DNA from: Podarcis filfolensis
Taxonomy: Eukaryota
DNA: 64,000 nucleotides
Reading direction: 5' to 3' (one strand)
Assembly (NCBI GenBank): GCA_964270895.1
Contig: OZ185439.1
Under the pieces are notes generated by a model that saw only the letters and a list, made by a program, of their open reading frames with translations, was not told the origin of the DNA and did not search any database. Positions 1-10,669 of the stretch are shown here, one piece after another (the stretch's first letter is position 1; every line of letters starts with the position of its first letter). The translations under genes were made by a program, and so were the position numbers.

Positions 1-692
1 CTTTGGCATCACTGCTTCAGTCCAAGCACATGAAATCACTGATCAACAACTGCTATCCATGATGGAGGAGAGGAGAGGATAGCTTCTACCTTCAATAATC
101 TCATTAGTGAACAGCAATGACAGATATGTGAACTCATGTGACCGCAATCCTGAATGCTCACTAGTGTTAATACACCATACCAGGTCAATTCCTGGAGGTA
201 AACTACACCCTGTGGTTTTAATGAGGTTTATGACCCGACAGAGAATCTTTCCCTTGGTGCATAATTTTGTCATTATGCGTATGTGTTCATGTTCACTTCC
301 AAATCTTTTTGCATGGACAGGGAACCTTCTGGTGATGGATCAAGAATCTCCATCTTATGTTTGGGTCAGTTGTAAGCAATGCTCATCCCTTGCTCCAAGT
401 GAACAAGAGCACAATCCCACCCAAATTGCCTGGGATTTTGGGGAGGGGGAGAGTGTTGTTGGTGCCTCCCCCTTTTTTTTCTTTTAACTGTTAGTTTGGG
501 ATTTCTGGCTTACTGTAGATGCCAGTTTCTTCATGAGATCTGTGCCCAAAGACATTTGGCTTGCTAGCTTGGCTCTGCCATGCCTTCCATCCTGCCAATG
601 CTTGGCCTTTCTGCTTTCTCTCCTTCCACATATAACACTCAAAGTATCTGGCATTCATCTGTCACTGGGGACTTGTTTTTGCCACATTGTGT

Positions 693-694
<2 letters not shown>

Positions 695-728
<34 letters not shown>
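695..728. repeat. (AC)17 microsatellite; reads (UG)17 on the minus-strand transcript
   Basis: Uninterrupted AC dinucleotide run read directly. Confidence 0.95.
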
Positions 729-730
<2 letters not shown>

Positions 731-758
731 CCCTGCCAATGTTGCTAAACAGACCTAC

Positions 759-948
759 CTCTTCTCCTGGTGCTATTGCCATGGTATTTCTCCATATGGA
801 ATGATTCCATTTGCTTGCCAAACTCACTGGGCTGGGGGCTTGAAGTTTCTCAAGCTCTGATACCTTCCAGATCTTTTGGAAACAACATGCTATCTTTGCT
901 GTGCTGCATTCAAGAAACCCGCCACCATATTTGTTTCCTTTTAAGGCA
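759..948 (-). CDS. Candidate coding exon 3 of an unidentified minus-strand gene (S|ALKGNKYGGGFLECSTAKIACCFQKIWKVSELEKLQAPSPVSLASKWNHSIWRNTMAIAPGEE)
   Basis: Pyrimidine-rich acceptor ctttccttatattctttgctcacag| and donor GAG|gtaggt. The 190-nt exon (1 nt + 63 codons) is open in exactly the phase left by the upstream exon. No homolog recognised. Confidence 0.55.
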
Positions 949-1478
949 CTGTGAGCAAAGAATATAAGGAAAGTGCTGATTGCTGAACATGATATTCAAA
1001 TTAGAGAAAGTAACAAATATAAGCTTGAAGGGCCAGTTAGATCCTGTGGCTTAGAATGAAAGATTCTTCCTACACAACAATGCACAAGTAACATTGCAAA
1101 TAACAGTCACATCCTTGCTATATATGTGCCCCAAACAATTCATCCACTGGACGAATCCTTCCTGCAAAACTAAAGGGTCACCATGGAAAAGCAGAGTCAG
1201 GAATTCTTACAGTAACCATTGTCATGTCTTTGTGTCTTGGTTGTCACTACGGTTGCATTTTTTATTTTTGCCACCAGCTTCTGTCCTGTACTTTGACCAC
1301 AGCTTAATGTGCAGACATTGGCAGGTGATCATGCATATCAGGGTGCTCTAAGATGCTTCTCCTTCCTTTTCCTGCATATCAAGTTGCTATCATATCTGCA
1401 CAGGAGCAGGCCAGGCTGCTTTTTCTGGCTAGTTGGCATTGCTAGTATCCACTTTTAATTGTTATTTCCTTTTGTTTC

Positions 1479-1480
<2 letters not shown>

Positions 1481-1526
<46 letters not shown>
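1481..1526. repeat. (TG)23 microsatellite; reads (CA)23 on the minus-strand transcript
   Basis: Uninterrupted TG run read directly. Confidence 0.95.
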
Positions 1527-1528
<2 letters not shown>

Positions 1529-1669
1529 CTAGCTAGCTTTCCCAACTTAGCTGTACTGGATAGACTTTCCCCAACAAATAAATTGCAGACACAGCCTAAC
1601 TTGCTAAATCCTTCACTCTCTCCATATCCCAAGCCATCTGGATGTGATCTACAGCAGTGGTTTCAGCAC

Positions 1670-1860
1670 CTGGCTATTACAGCGATAGGGCTGTAGAAAT
1701 AGTTTAGATAACTCCACTGTTGCAATCTCCGAAGTATTAGAGACGGTGAGGGCATTCTGCTTTCTGCACAATTATCTGTAGTGATAACATCACCAAGCCT
1801 CTCCTGAAAGTAGAGATATTCTCTGGGCACTGGCAAAAGCTCTGCAATGGTTCTATCCAT
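1670..1860 (-). CDS. Candidate first coding exon (exon 2, 1864-1670) of an unidentified minus-strand gene (MDRTIAELLPVPREYLYFQERLGDVITTDNCAESRMPSPSLILRRLQQWSYLNYFYSPIAVIA)
   Basis: Acceptor tttttgtttaacag| at 1865/1864. ATG at 1860-1858 in strong Kozak context (aatATGg). 63 open codons + 2 nt, then donor CAG|gtgctg at 1670/1669. The other two frames contain stops. Confidence 0.55.
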
Positions 1861-2809
1861 ATTCCTGTTAAACAAAAAGTCCCGCTGATTTTAATGTGGC
1901 TGGACAATGCCTTTTGCTTTTAATGCTGTAACAAAGAAGGTGTTCAAGTCCTCCCTTTTGGAAGATAATCCCATAAGTGGATAAGTAATGCTGCCATTTG
2001 TGCCTTATTTGTACCTTAAATTGGCAGGAAGCAGTGATAGCAGCATAATATGAAACCCAGAGGAATGTAACATCAGCAAACAATACCCAGATGTTCACAA
2101 GCTAACACTGCATAACCCAAGTACATTTATGGAATGTGCACCAGCAAAATAACGCTTACACCACCACTATCCTATGCATTTTGATTATGAGGCAAATTCA
2201 GCTGTGTCCAATTGATTTTAAGCCCTTGCATGGTTACAAACCCTTGCACACCTCCTGAGAAGTTCTATTGAACTCAGTAGGACTGCTTGCCTATGTTGTG
2301 AGTGAGAACCTAGTCAGACCTATATATCAAAGAGGCCCAATGTGCTGTGAATGTGCTTTGAGCACACTTTGAAATGTGTGTGTGATTGCAGCACAGCAGG
2401 CAGTTGGACTTGCATGTGGATAGAGTGGCCAAGTGCCATACTATAACATGGACAGTCCTCTAATAAGTCTGATTTAAAGAGAAAAGAACGATTAAGAAAG
2501 GAGAGCAGGGCCTTTGGGAGTCAACAGGCTGCAGACTGAGCAAGCACAAAGAGATCACCAGTCTTCTCCAATGGTGGCGAGTTGCCTTTCTACTTAATTT
2601 ATAATATTTGTTACTAAACTGGCAGGTAGGCTTAATATCAATTAGCATATGCAAATTCCAGGGCCCTCCTTTGGGGGAGAGGGGCGATGCCTAAATGGTC
2701 ACTGTATGTATGTGAGAGAAGATCTGGCTGGTCGCTACAATTCTGTGATTCTATGACTGGGCAGAGGAGAAAGGTTGGTGGGAACTACATCTTCTCTGAT
2801 CCTGAGGAT

Positions 2810-3300
2810 GATGCGGGGCTGAGGGGGATGCGGCCCTCTCGCAGGCACCGCCCTCGCTTGACTGGGACTTGGTGGGACCCAAGTTCTTTTACCCTTCTGG
2901 TGAAATAAGCACCCGCAGGAAGCTTCTTCTTCGCTGCGTGTCGCTAAGGAGTGGGCAGAGGCCTAGGCCTTCCTTATTGCGCAGATCTGAAGGAAGAGCG
3001 GGAGAGCTGCGCCGCTTCCTCGCTTGCCGGGAGCTCCATGCAAAGGAAATGATTGACCTGGCCGGCCCTTCGTTGAAGGCGGGGAGACAACAACAACTCC
3101 CCCACTTCCCCGCTCCTTGGCCTTCCTTTTCCCGCGACGCGACGGCGGCGGCGACGGGCGTCCCTGGAGAGAAGGCGGCGGCGCAGCAGCTTCCTCCCTC
3201 CTTCAGCGCCCAGAACTGAGGGGATGGATGGCGGCCCACACCTCCTCCTCCGCAGAAACGGCAGTCTTGCAAGCTCCACGTTAAATGTGAAGGGCTAAAG
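2810..3300 (-). promoter_or_regulatory. CpG island; candidate promoter and non-coding first exon of the minus-strand gene
   Basis: Dense CpG/GC-rich stretch (e.g. cccgcgacgcgacggcggcggcgacgggcg) in otherwise CpG-poor DNA. Minus-strand donor AGG|gtaaaa at 2893/2892. Confidence 0.6.
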
Positions 3301-3339
3301 GGCTTTAACCCCGGACTAACATTTCTTTTAATAAATATA

Positions 3340-3439
3340 TTGGTTTTTTTAACCAATTATGTACGACTTTAAATTTTGGTCTATCTATCTATCTATCAAC
3401 CTAAATTTAAAGTCGTACATAATTGGTTAAAAAAACCAA
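3340..3439. repeat. Perfect 37-bp inverted repeat with a 26-nt (ATCT)n-containing spacer
   Basis: 3340-3376 ttggtttttttaaccaattatgtacgactttaaattt is the exact reverse complement of 3403-3439. Confidence 0.95.
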
Positions 3440-3791
3440 AGAAACGGAAAAGAGACATTATTCTTGCGATGTGACAAAAGTATACTTCAGGGCCACACAA
3501 GTGCCATATCGCGTTTATTTGTCTGTGCATTGTGTGTGTGGGGGGGGTGTACAATAATATTGTAACAATATCAAAAAAAATTCTGGCTGTCACACAGCAG
3601 CGGTGGCAGCTGAGGTCCAGTGAGAGCACGTATTTTTAATTTGTAATGCTGCGGGGCCTCTTAAACTTGGCATAGTTTTAGGGCCTCAGCATGTCTTAAT
3701 TCATGCTGAGAAGTGAGAAGGAATACAGATGTGAGCGAGCAGATGTGCCCTCCAAAAGATGATACAGGGGTGTGCATCTAGTAATCCAGTA

Positions 3792-4006
3792 CAGTGGTAC
3801 CTCAGGTTACAGACGCTTCAGGTTACAGACTCCGCTAACCCAGAAATAATACCTTGGGTTAAGAACTTTGCTTCAGGATGAGAACAGAAATCGTGCGGCG
3901 GCAGCAGGAGGCCCCATTAGCTAAAGTGGTGCTTCAGGTTAAGAACAGTTTCAGGTTAAGAACGGACCTCCGGAATGAATTAAGTACGTAACCAGAGGTA
4001 CCACTG
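3792..4006 (+). mobile_element. Tc1/mariner (Tigger/pogo-like) MITE, 215 bp
   Basis: TIRs cagtggtacctc...gaggtaccactg flanked by TA on both sides. Same family recurs at 17407, 48470 and 50263. Confidence 0.9.
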
Positions 4007-4564
4007 TAGTACCTTTTTACTCTTTCAAAGGTACACCCCAGTCATAACCATATTATACTGAGATAGGTCCCATTGAAATGAATTGAGCTTGGTTTCAAAT
4101 AGAATTGGTGGTGTTATGTGTATTCTTCGCAGAATGTAGTCCAGCACACATTTTCTAGGGAAGTCCCCACTGAACTCAAAATAGACTTCCAAGTAAAAGT
4201 GTGCTTGTTAGTCACTCAACTTCCAGTGAGGAGCTAAGGGCTTAATGTAGGATTGTGCCTTTTTTCAAAGGAAGCTTTGATGTGCAGACATTAGCAGGTG
4301 ATAATGCTTATCTCCACAAAAAGCTTTTTCCTGCTGATTCCTGCATACCAAACTTCTGTTAAAAGCACAGACAAGGGCAGTTGCTTTTTGGCCAGTTGGC
4401 AGCCCTATTTCATTGTCTGCAGCTGACTTTCTTTGAAAATGAACCAGATCCAGAGCTTCTCTGTGCCCTTTAATAGATATTAATTCTTACAAAGGACCAG
4501 TAAAAATGCTGGTATCAGATTATTTTAGTTACTAACCATTTCAGAAGGTTCAGAACTACCTTGG

Positions 4565-5690
4565 GAAGAGCAGTAGGAAGAACCCTGCTGGATCAGGCCA
4601 ATGGCCCATCTAGTCCAGCATCCTGTTTTCATGGTGTCCAACCATATGCCCATAGGAAGCCCACAAGCAGAACATGGCTAGTAGCCATGTTGGCCTCCAA
4701 CTGTCTCGGGAAAACAATGGAGTTGCGCTTCTGGGGTTGAAGTCAAACTGCTGGAGAGTCACAGCGTTGTGACTGCAGAGACCAGTTGCTCAGAACTGCT
4801 GCCTCCCATGTTATTTTTGCTGTATTAGCAGCACCAAAGTGAACTCTGGGGTACAAGTCTGGGCAGTGTGTATAGAGATCCTGTGCTGCCCAAACAACAA
4901 GACTCTCCTCTCAGCCTTGCTGATGTGGTGCAAAGGAAAGCAGAGCAATGCTTTTGGTACCTTGGCTGAAGGATTTGCCAGAAGGAGGCAGACAAGATGC
5001 CATCCATCTTAGGGACTCTGCTCTGTATTTGTGTCAGGGGTCAGCAACCTTTTTCAGCCGTGGGCCGGTCCACTGTCCCTCAGACCTTGTGGGGGGCTGG
5101 ACTATATTTTTTGGGGGGGAGAATGAATTCCTATGCCCCACAAATAACCCAGAGATGCATTTTAAATAAAAGCACACATTCTACTCATGTAAAAACACCA
5201 GACAGGCCCCACAAATAACCCAGAGATGCTTTTAAATAAAAGAACACATTCTACTCATGTAAAAACATGCTGATTCCCGGACCATCTGCAGGCCAGATTT
5301 AGAATGCGATTGGTCCGGATCCGGCCCCTGGGCCTTAGTTTGCCTACCCATGGTGTAGAGTTGACTCCTTTGCCTTTTCTTCTCCTGAAGATACCCCACA
5401 AGGCAGCAGAGGGTTAGGATCAGAGTTTTCCTTCTCCTAGATGGGCTACCTTCCCAGGTTGACAAGCCCCATCTGCCCCTCACTTCCCTCTATGGCACAT
5501 TCAGAAACTGCCTTCTTGACCATTGGACTCACTATTGGTCTTGTCCACTCAATCTGCCGGAGCCTGTCTTCACATGCAAAGGGTTTGAGACCCCTCACCT
5601 GATTTAGTTGGCCAGTTGAAGCTGTTCCCAGGGTGTGGACAAACTACCCCAGAACCCCATACATAGCCACTGATAGCCTTATCCTTGTTT
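4565..5690 (+). mobile_element. CR1-type 3' UTR remnant split by an RTE-type non-autonomous insertion (4688-5663)
   Basis: gaagaaccctgctggatcaggccaatggcccatctagtccagcatcc...catggctagtagcca resumes as tagccactgatagccttatcc; tagcca is duplicated at 4682-4687 and 5664-5669. Family names from recalled squamate consensus. Confidence 0.55.
5035..5352 (+). mobile_element. hAT-type MITE with an internal ~66-bp tandem duplication
   Basis: Begins caggggtcagcaacctttt, ends tttgcctacccatg. The block gccccacaaataacccagagatgc...ctactcatgtaaaaaca occurs twice. Confidence 0.7.
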
Positions 5691-6794
5691 TGCCATGTGT
5701 CCTACTTTACAGAGGTCTGTCTTTTATCTAAAGGGCTGTCAGAGGATAGTTACGGTATCTATTTATCCAGCCCAGTTTAAAGATAGCCCTAAGAAGGAAG
5801 AACAGGAGACTTTAAGTTGCCTATCAACAGTTAGCACTGGGACAGCAAACTGAACAGGCATACAGGTCACCTGGTCAAAGTCTTCTCTACCTTAGTTAGA
5901 TGTATTCTATTTCAATTTAAATTATACTAATTTTCTCTAAATGTGCACCTGTATCTATACGTTTGCATATGCAAATATTATACAAATCTGTGTCCCCTCT
6001 CTCTCATCCTCTTTTTTTGTTGCACTTTCCCTTTCTTGGTCATGTGCAACTTGCCACCCCTGGATTTTGCACTGAAAGCAACATATGGGTTTTGAAATGA
6101 ATTGAATGCATATGAAATGAATAAAAACATTTCTGTTGGAGAGTTATTGTAATGCCTTACTATTTCTGTAGTGCTTTTCATGTATCGAGTCTTGTTTATA
6201 AGAAATATACATTTCTCTGTATTATTGAAAGAACAATTAGCTAGCTAGCTTTTGAGCTAAGAGTGCCTCTCTGTTTCATCTGATCTCACTAAGGTTAGTG
6301 AGGTTGCAATCCTATGCATTTACTGAGAAGTAGAAATGCATAGGACAAACTGCTTTGATTGTCATGTACATCAGTAGGAACCAAAGGGAATGGAATTATC
6401 TGAATAAGCTTTGGAATAAATTTTAGATTATTTATACAGTAAAGATTCACAAAGGCCTTATGAAATCATATAGGAAAAGTCCCCTGGCTACACTCTAAAG
6501 GAAAGTTGAAAAAAAGAGCCTGTGATTGGATGGAAGATTCTTTGAATAGTTGATATGTATGGAGATTTATCCTGCATGTATATACATTGTGCTGCAATGC
6601 AGGTTTATATAGAAGTAAGTGCCACTGAGATCAATGGGACATTCTTCCAAAGTTCATTTTTTTGAGACAAAGAGATGGGGCAAATAAAGGGCATTTCTAA
6701 GGGGACCACACTTAAAGAACACTTTGAGAAATGGAACATGTCCAGAGACAGGTGGACAGAGATGGTGAGAGACCAAGTCCTAAGAGGAGAAGAG

Positions 6795-7113
6795 ACTTCA
6801 AATATTTGAAGGGCTGTCATGTACATGATGAACTCAATTTGTTTCCTGTTATTTGTTTCCTGGGGAGGTAGATCAGATGCAATGGGTTCAAAGTACAAAA
6901 AGTGGTTTTTGATTAAATATGAGGGAGAGCTTCCTGATAGTATGAGCTGTTCAGCTGTGGAACAGACTGCCTCAGAAAGTGGTGGACTCTCCTTTGTCAA
7001 AAGGTTTTAGGCAGAGACTGGATAGCTACCTATCAGGGATGCTGTAGCAACAGATCTCCTATGTCAGCAGGGGATTGAGCTTGTTGATCTTTGAGGTTCC
7101 TTCCAGCTATATG
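6795..7113 (+). mobile_element. CR1 LINE 3' fragment
   Basis: ttcaaatatttgaagggctgtcat...gtggtggactctcc...ggttccttccagctatatg matches the CR1 ORF2 end plus 3' UTR pattern; decayed. Confidence 0.75.
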
Positions 7114-7799
7114 GCTCGTAAGATAACCCCATGCAATATCACATGCAGTCTTACATCCAGTTTATGTGGGACCTGATTGCATTGGAAGTGGTATGAAAAA
7201 TTAAAAACAACAGCAACACACAAATGAAATGGGTATTCCTTGAACTGTGCTATCAAGCAGCTGCCTGAATGTTCAGATTAGCCCTGTTACCTAGTACGTT
7301 TGCATGGGATTGTAACCTTATTAGCTAACCCTGCTCTGGATAAAGCTATGTTTGCATCCAGCCCTTTGCATTCCCCTCTATCATTCCGTTACTCTCAAAG
7401 GATGCTTTTATGATTAAAAACAGCAAGCTTTGGAGAAGGGAGGGGGTGTTATTTACAAGCCTAACAAAAATCAGTGGGCTAAATATTTACAGGAGAAAAT
7501 AGTTTAAAAGGAGCCAGGCTTTCAGAAGTAATTATGATAATGTTCCAAAGAAACAACCCATTCACACCAAGTGGGTGCCTGAGTCACAGCTGGTGCAAGC
7601 TGATAAAGCTCTTGGCTGGGGCCTGTAAATTGTGAATGCCCCCCCATAAGTCCTTCAAGAGATCTTCTCCTCACAGATTCTGGTTGAGAAGAAGATTCTC
7701 TCTAGTTTCTTTGAAATCCCAACATAAAATGTTGCCTCAAAGGAAAAAAAACTCTTTTACTTTTTGAGCAGGTGGGTACAGAAAACAGTCCTTGAATTT

Positions 7800-8030
7800 T
7801 TTTCTTTATTACTTATTCCAAGGCAGCCAACAGCTGTAAAGTGCAAACTACAAAATATTAAGAACATAAAAACAAAGCAGATGAATATACAATAAAAAAC
7901 AATAAAACTGATAAAAAACAGCAGCCAGTTGAACAAATTGCAACCTATTTACAGTAGTCACAAGGAGTCAGAATATCATCAGGCCAAAGGCCCTTCTAAA
8001 TAAATAGGATTTTTGCTTAACCAGCAGAAT
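7800..8030 (-). mobile_element. L2 LINE 3' remnant
   Basis: A-rich tail preceded by tttattt and an aaggcc...aaataaatagg motif typical of reversed L2 3' ends. Confidence 0.4.
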
Positions 8031-8308
8031 TCTCAGAAATTCTCAGCAGAATTTTATCTTACTCTTGTTCTTAGAGGTGATTCTTCTGGAGTTTAATCTT
8101 ATTCATTCCAAAGAATAATTTCCTCAGATTTGTTTATTTAGTCCACAGTGGACCCTCTACACTTCTCAGTTCTTCATCTTCACAATCCAACATGAAGTCA
8201 TTTAAGAAACCAAAAGCAGCCCGTTGACTTGTTGCTGGTGATTGCCAAAGGATCATTTTGTGACAGTTAGAAGTACCGTAATTCTGTGGAAATTGACTTG
8301 ACTGGAAC

Positions 8309-8815
8309 AGCCAAAGTGGTGTAGTGGTTGGAGCATTGAGCTAGGTGTGGAAAGACCCTGATTCAAGTCTCCATATAACCATCAACTACTGCATTGGCCT
8401 GAATATAAGCCTCACTTTTTTTCAAAATTCTGACTGTGAAAAGTTAAAGTGTGGCTTAAATTCGCAACCTTGCAAAAATAGGCTTTTATGATATCACTGC
8501 TGAAACAGACATACGGTAAAACGGAATGGGTGTGAGTGCCTGTGGAATTTTAAGGGAGCAGCTTATATTCGGGTATTGTCTTTTTTTCTCCCCCCCCCCC
8601 TTGAATTTTAAAGGTACGTCTTATATTCAGGTGTGACTTACATTTGGGCCAATACTGTACTTTGAACCAGTCTGCTTTTCAGTCTAACTCACCTTGCAGG
8701 ATTGTTTTGAAGATAAAGTAAGAGTGTGTTGGTGGGAGAACCATGTGTGCAGCCTTGAGTTCCTAGGATAAAAAGTGGAGTTAATAATAATGATAATAAT
8801 AAATTAATAGTAAGT
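8309..8815 (+). mobile_element. tRNA-derived (Squam3/Ther1-type) SINE interrupted by a Tc1/Tigger-like fragment (about 8500-8657)
   Basis: Head agccaaagtggtgtagtggttggagc; body ctaactcaccttgcaggattgttttgaagataaa...gccttgagttcc; (AAT)n tail. The intervening block ends ...aatactg|ta. Confidence 0.55.
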
Positions 8816-9955
8816 GTCCTGTTCTTAGAAATTAATACTGTGTGTTCTAGAATGAGAACAGCTGTCTCTAAAATACAGGAGTTTGGGGGGGGGGTCTGCC
8901 TGAGGGCCTCATTCCATTGTGGAAAAACGTCTCAGGGCCACACGCCAGTGATGGGCGAGGCCAGAGAGGAAGAAAAAATTTTCTCTATCAATGTCATGCA
9001 TACAAATTTTATAAGCTTTTATAATTTCATCTCTTTCTCTCCCTTTTTTATAAACTCCCAAATGCTGCATCTTTTCCTCATGGGAGAGTCCTTGATCTTT
9101 TTTGTTGCCCTTCTCTGGCACTGTTCCAACTTTACGATATGTACTCAATACTCTAAATGAGATTGCGCCATAGATTTTAATAACTACATTATATCAGCAA
9201 TTTTATTTTCAGTTCCTTTCTTAATGATCCCTAGCTTGGAATTTGCTTGTTTCACAGCTGCTGCACAACTGGGTTGATGTCTTCATCAAGCTATCTGCTA
9301 TGAACCCAGGGTCTTGTTCCTGGTCATTTAGCACCAGACCCCATGAACATATATTTGAAATTAAGATTTGTTTGCTCTGACACGCATCACTTTACAGTTG
9401 TTTACACTGAATTGCAGTTGCCATTCCACTTAGTTTGGTGAGGTCCTTTTAGAGCACTTTACAATCTCTTTTTGTTTTAATGCAGGGGTGAAACTAGGCT
9501 TTATTTCACCCAGGTCAAAGACACAGGCTGGGAGACTCTATACCCAGCCCCCCAACTACAGCACTGTTTAACGACCCTGTAGTGTCATCAGCAATCTTCG
9601 CCTCCTCATTGCTCACCTGTTACACTAAGTCATTTATGAACAAGTTAAAAAGCAGAGCCCCTAGTTCTGATCCTTGGGGGACATTACAGTCTACATGTCT
9701 TCATTTGGAGAACTGTCCATTTATTCCTTTTATTTGCTTCCTGCAACTTACCGTAATCAATTTGTGATCAACAACAGAACCTCTCCTCTTCTGGATCACC
9801 TCTATCTATATGCTTGTTGACACTCTAAAATAACTTTACGTTGTCATGAGACAGGACTAGTCCTTGCAGAAGCCATGCAGGCTTTGCTGCAGCAAGGCTT
9901 GTTCTTCTATATGCTTGGTTATTTTATCTTTTTTGGGGAGACATACATTAAGCTA

Positions 9956-10322
9956 GGGACGCAGGTGGCGCTGTGGTCTAAACCACTGAGCCTAGGGCTT
10001 TCCGATCGGAAGGTCAGCAGTTTGGATCCTTGAGACGGGTGAGCTCCCGTTGTTTGGTCTCAGCTCCTGCCCACCTAGCAGTTCGAAAACACATCAAGTG
10101 CAAGTAAATAAATAAATAAATAGGTACCGCTCTGGCAGAAAGGTAAACAGTGTTTTCATGCGCTGCTCTGGTTCACCAGAGGTGGTTTAGTCATGCTGGC
10201 CACATGACCAGGAAGCTGACTGCGGACAAACGCCGGCTCCCTCGGCCTATAGAGCGAGATGAGCGTGCAACCTCAAAGTTGTCTGCGACTGGACCTAATA
10301 ATCAGGGGGTACCTTTACCTTT
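9956..10322 (+). mobile_element. Full-length Sauria SINE inserted in the CR1
   Basis: gggacgcaggtggcgctgtggtctaaaccactgagcc...ggacctaataatcagggggtacctttacc(ttt) tail. Body matches the copy at 49967. Confidence 0.9.
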
Positions 10323-10631
10323 TTATATTGGTTCATTTTTATTTTGTCTAGAATTTTGTCTCTCTTCACCACTATCTGCTTCAGTTTCTCAGACTCTCTT
10401 CCTCCAAAAGTTAATTCAAAAGTTAGTGCTCTGCTCTACATCTTCCACTGTGAAGATAGGTGCACCCTTTCAATTCTATGATTCTATGAAATAATTAATT
10501 TAGCTTCCCCCCTCCCCAATCTCCTTATCCTCCTTTAGCACATTATTGACTCCTTTGTCATCCAAGGGTTCAGCCACCTCCCTAGGTAGTCTGCTGCTAT
10601 TAATGGATGTAAAGACCTACTTGTTGTTCTA

Positions 10632-10632
<1 letters not shown>

Positions 10633-10665
<33 letters not shown>
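10633..10665. repeat. (TG)16 microsatellite
   Basis: Read directly. Confidence 0.95.

Positions 10666-10669
<4 letters not shown>

Noticed and set aside
43-487. ORFs 107-487 (+) and 43-273 (-) as genes or as the next exon of the candidate gene
   Set aside because: No recognisable product. The minus ORF frame would need a phase-2 entry, whereas exon 3 ends in phase 0.
1-3400. CNNM1, the expected divergent neighbour of HPSE2
   Set aside because: No frame shows the CNNM1 N-terminus, the DUF21 transmembrane region or CBS motifs; if syntenic, it lies outside the window.
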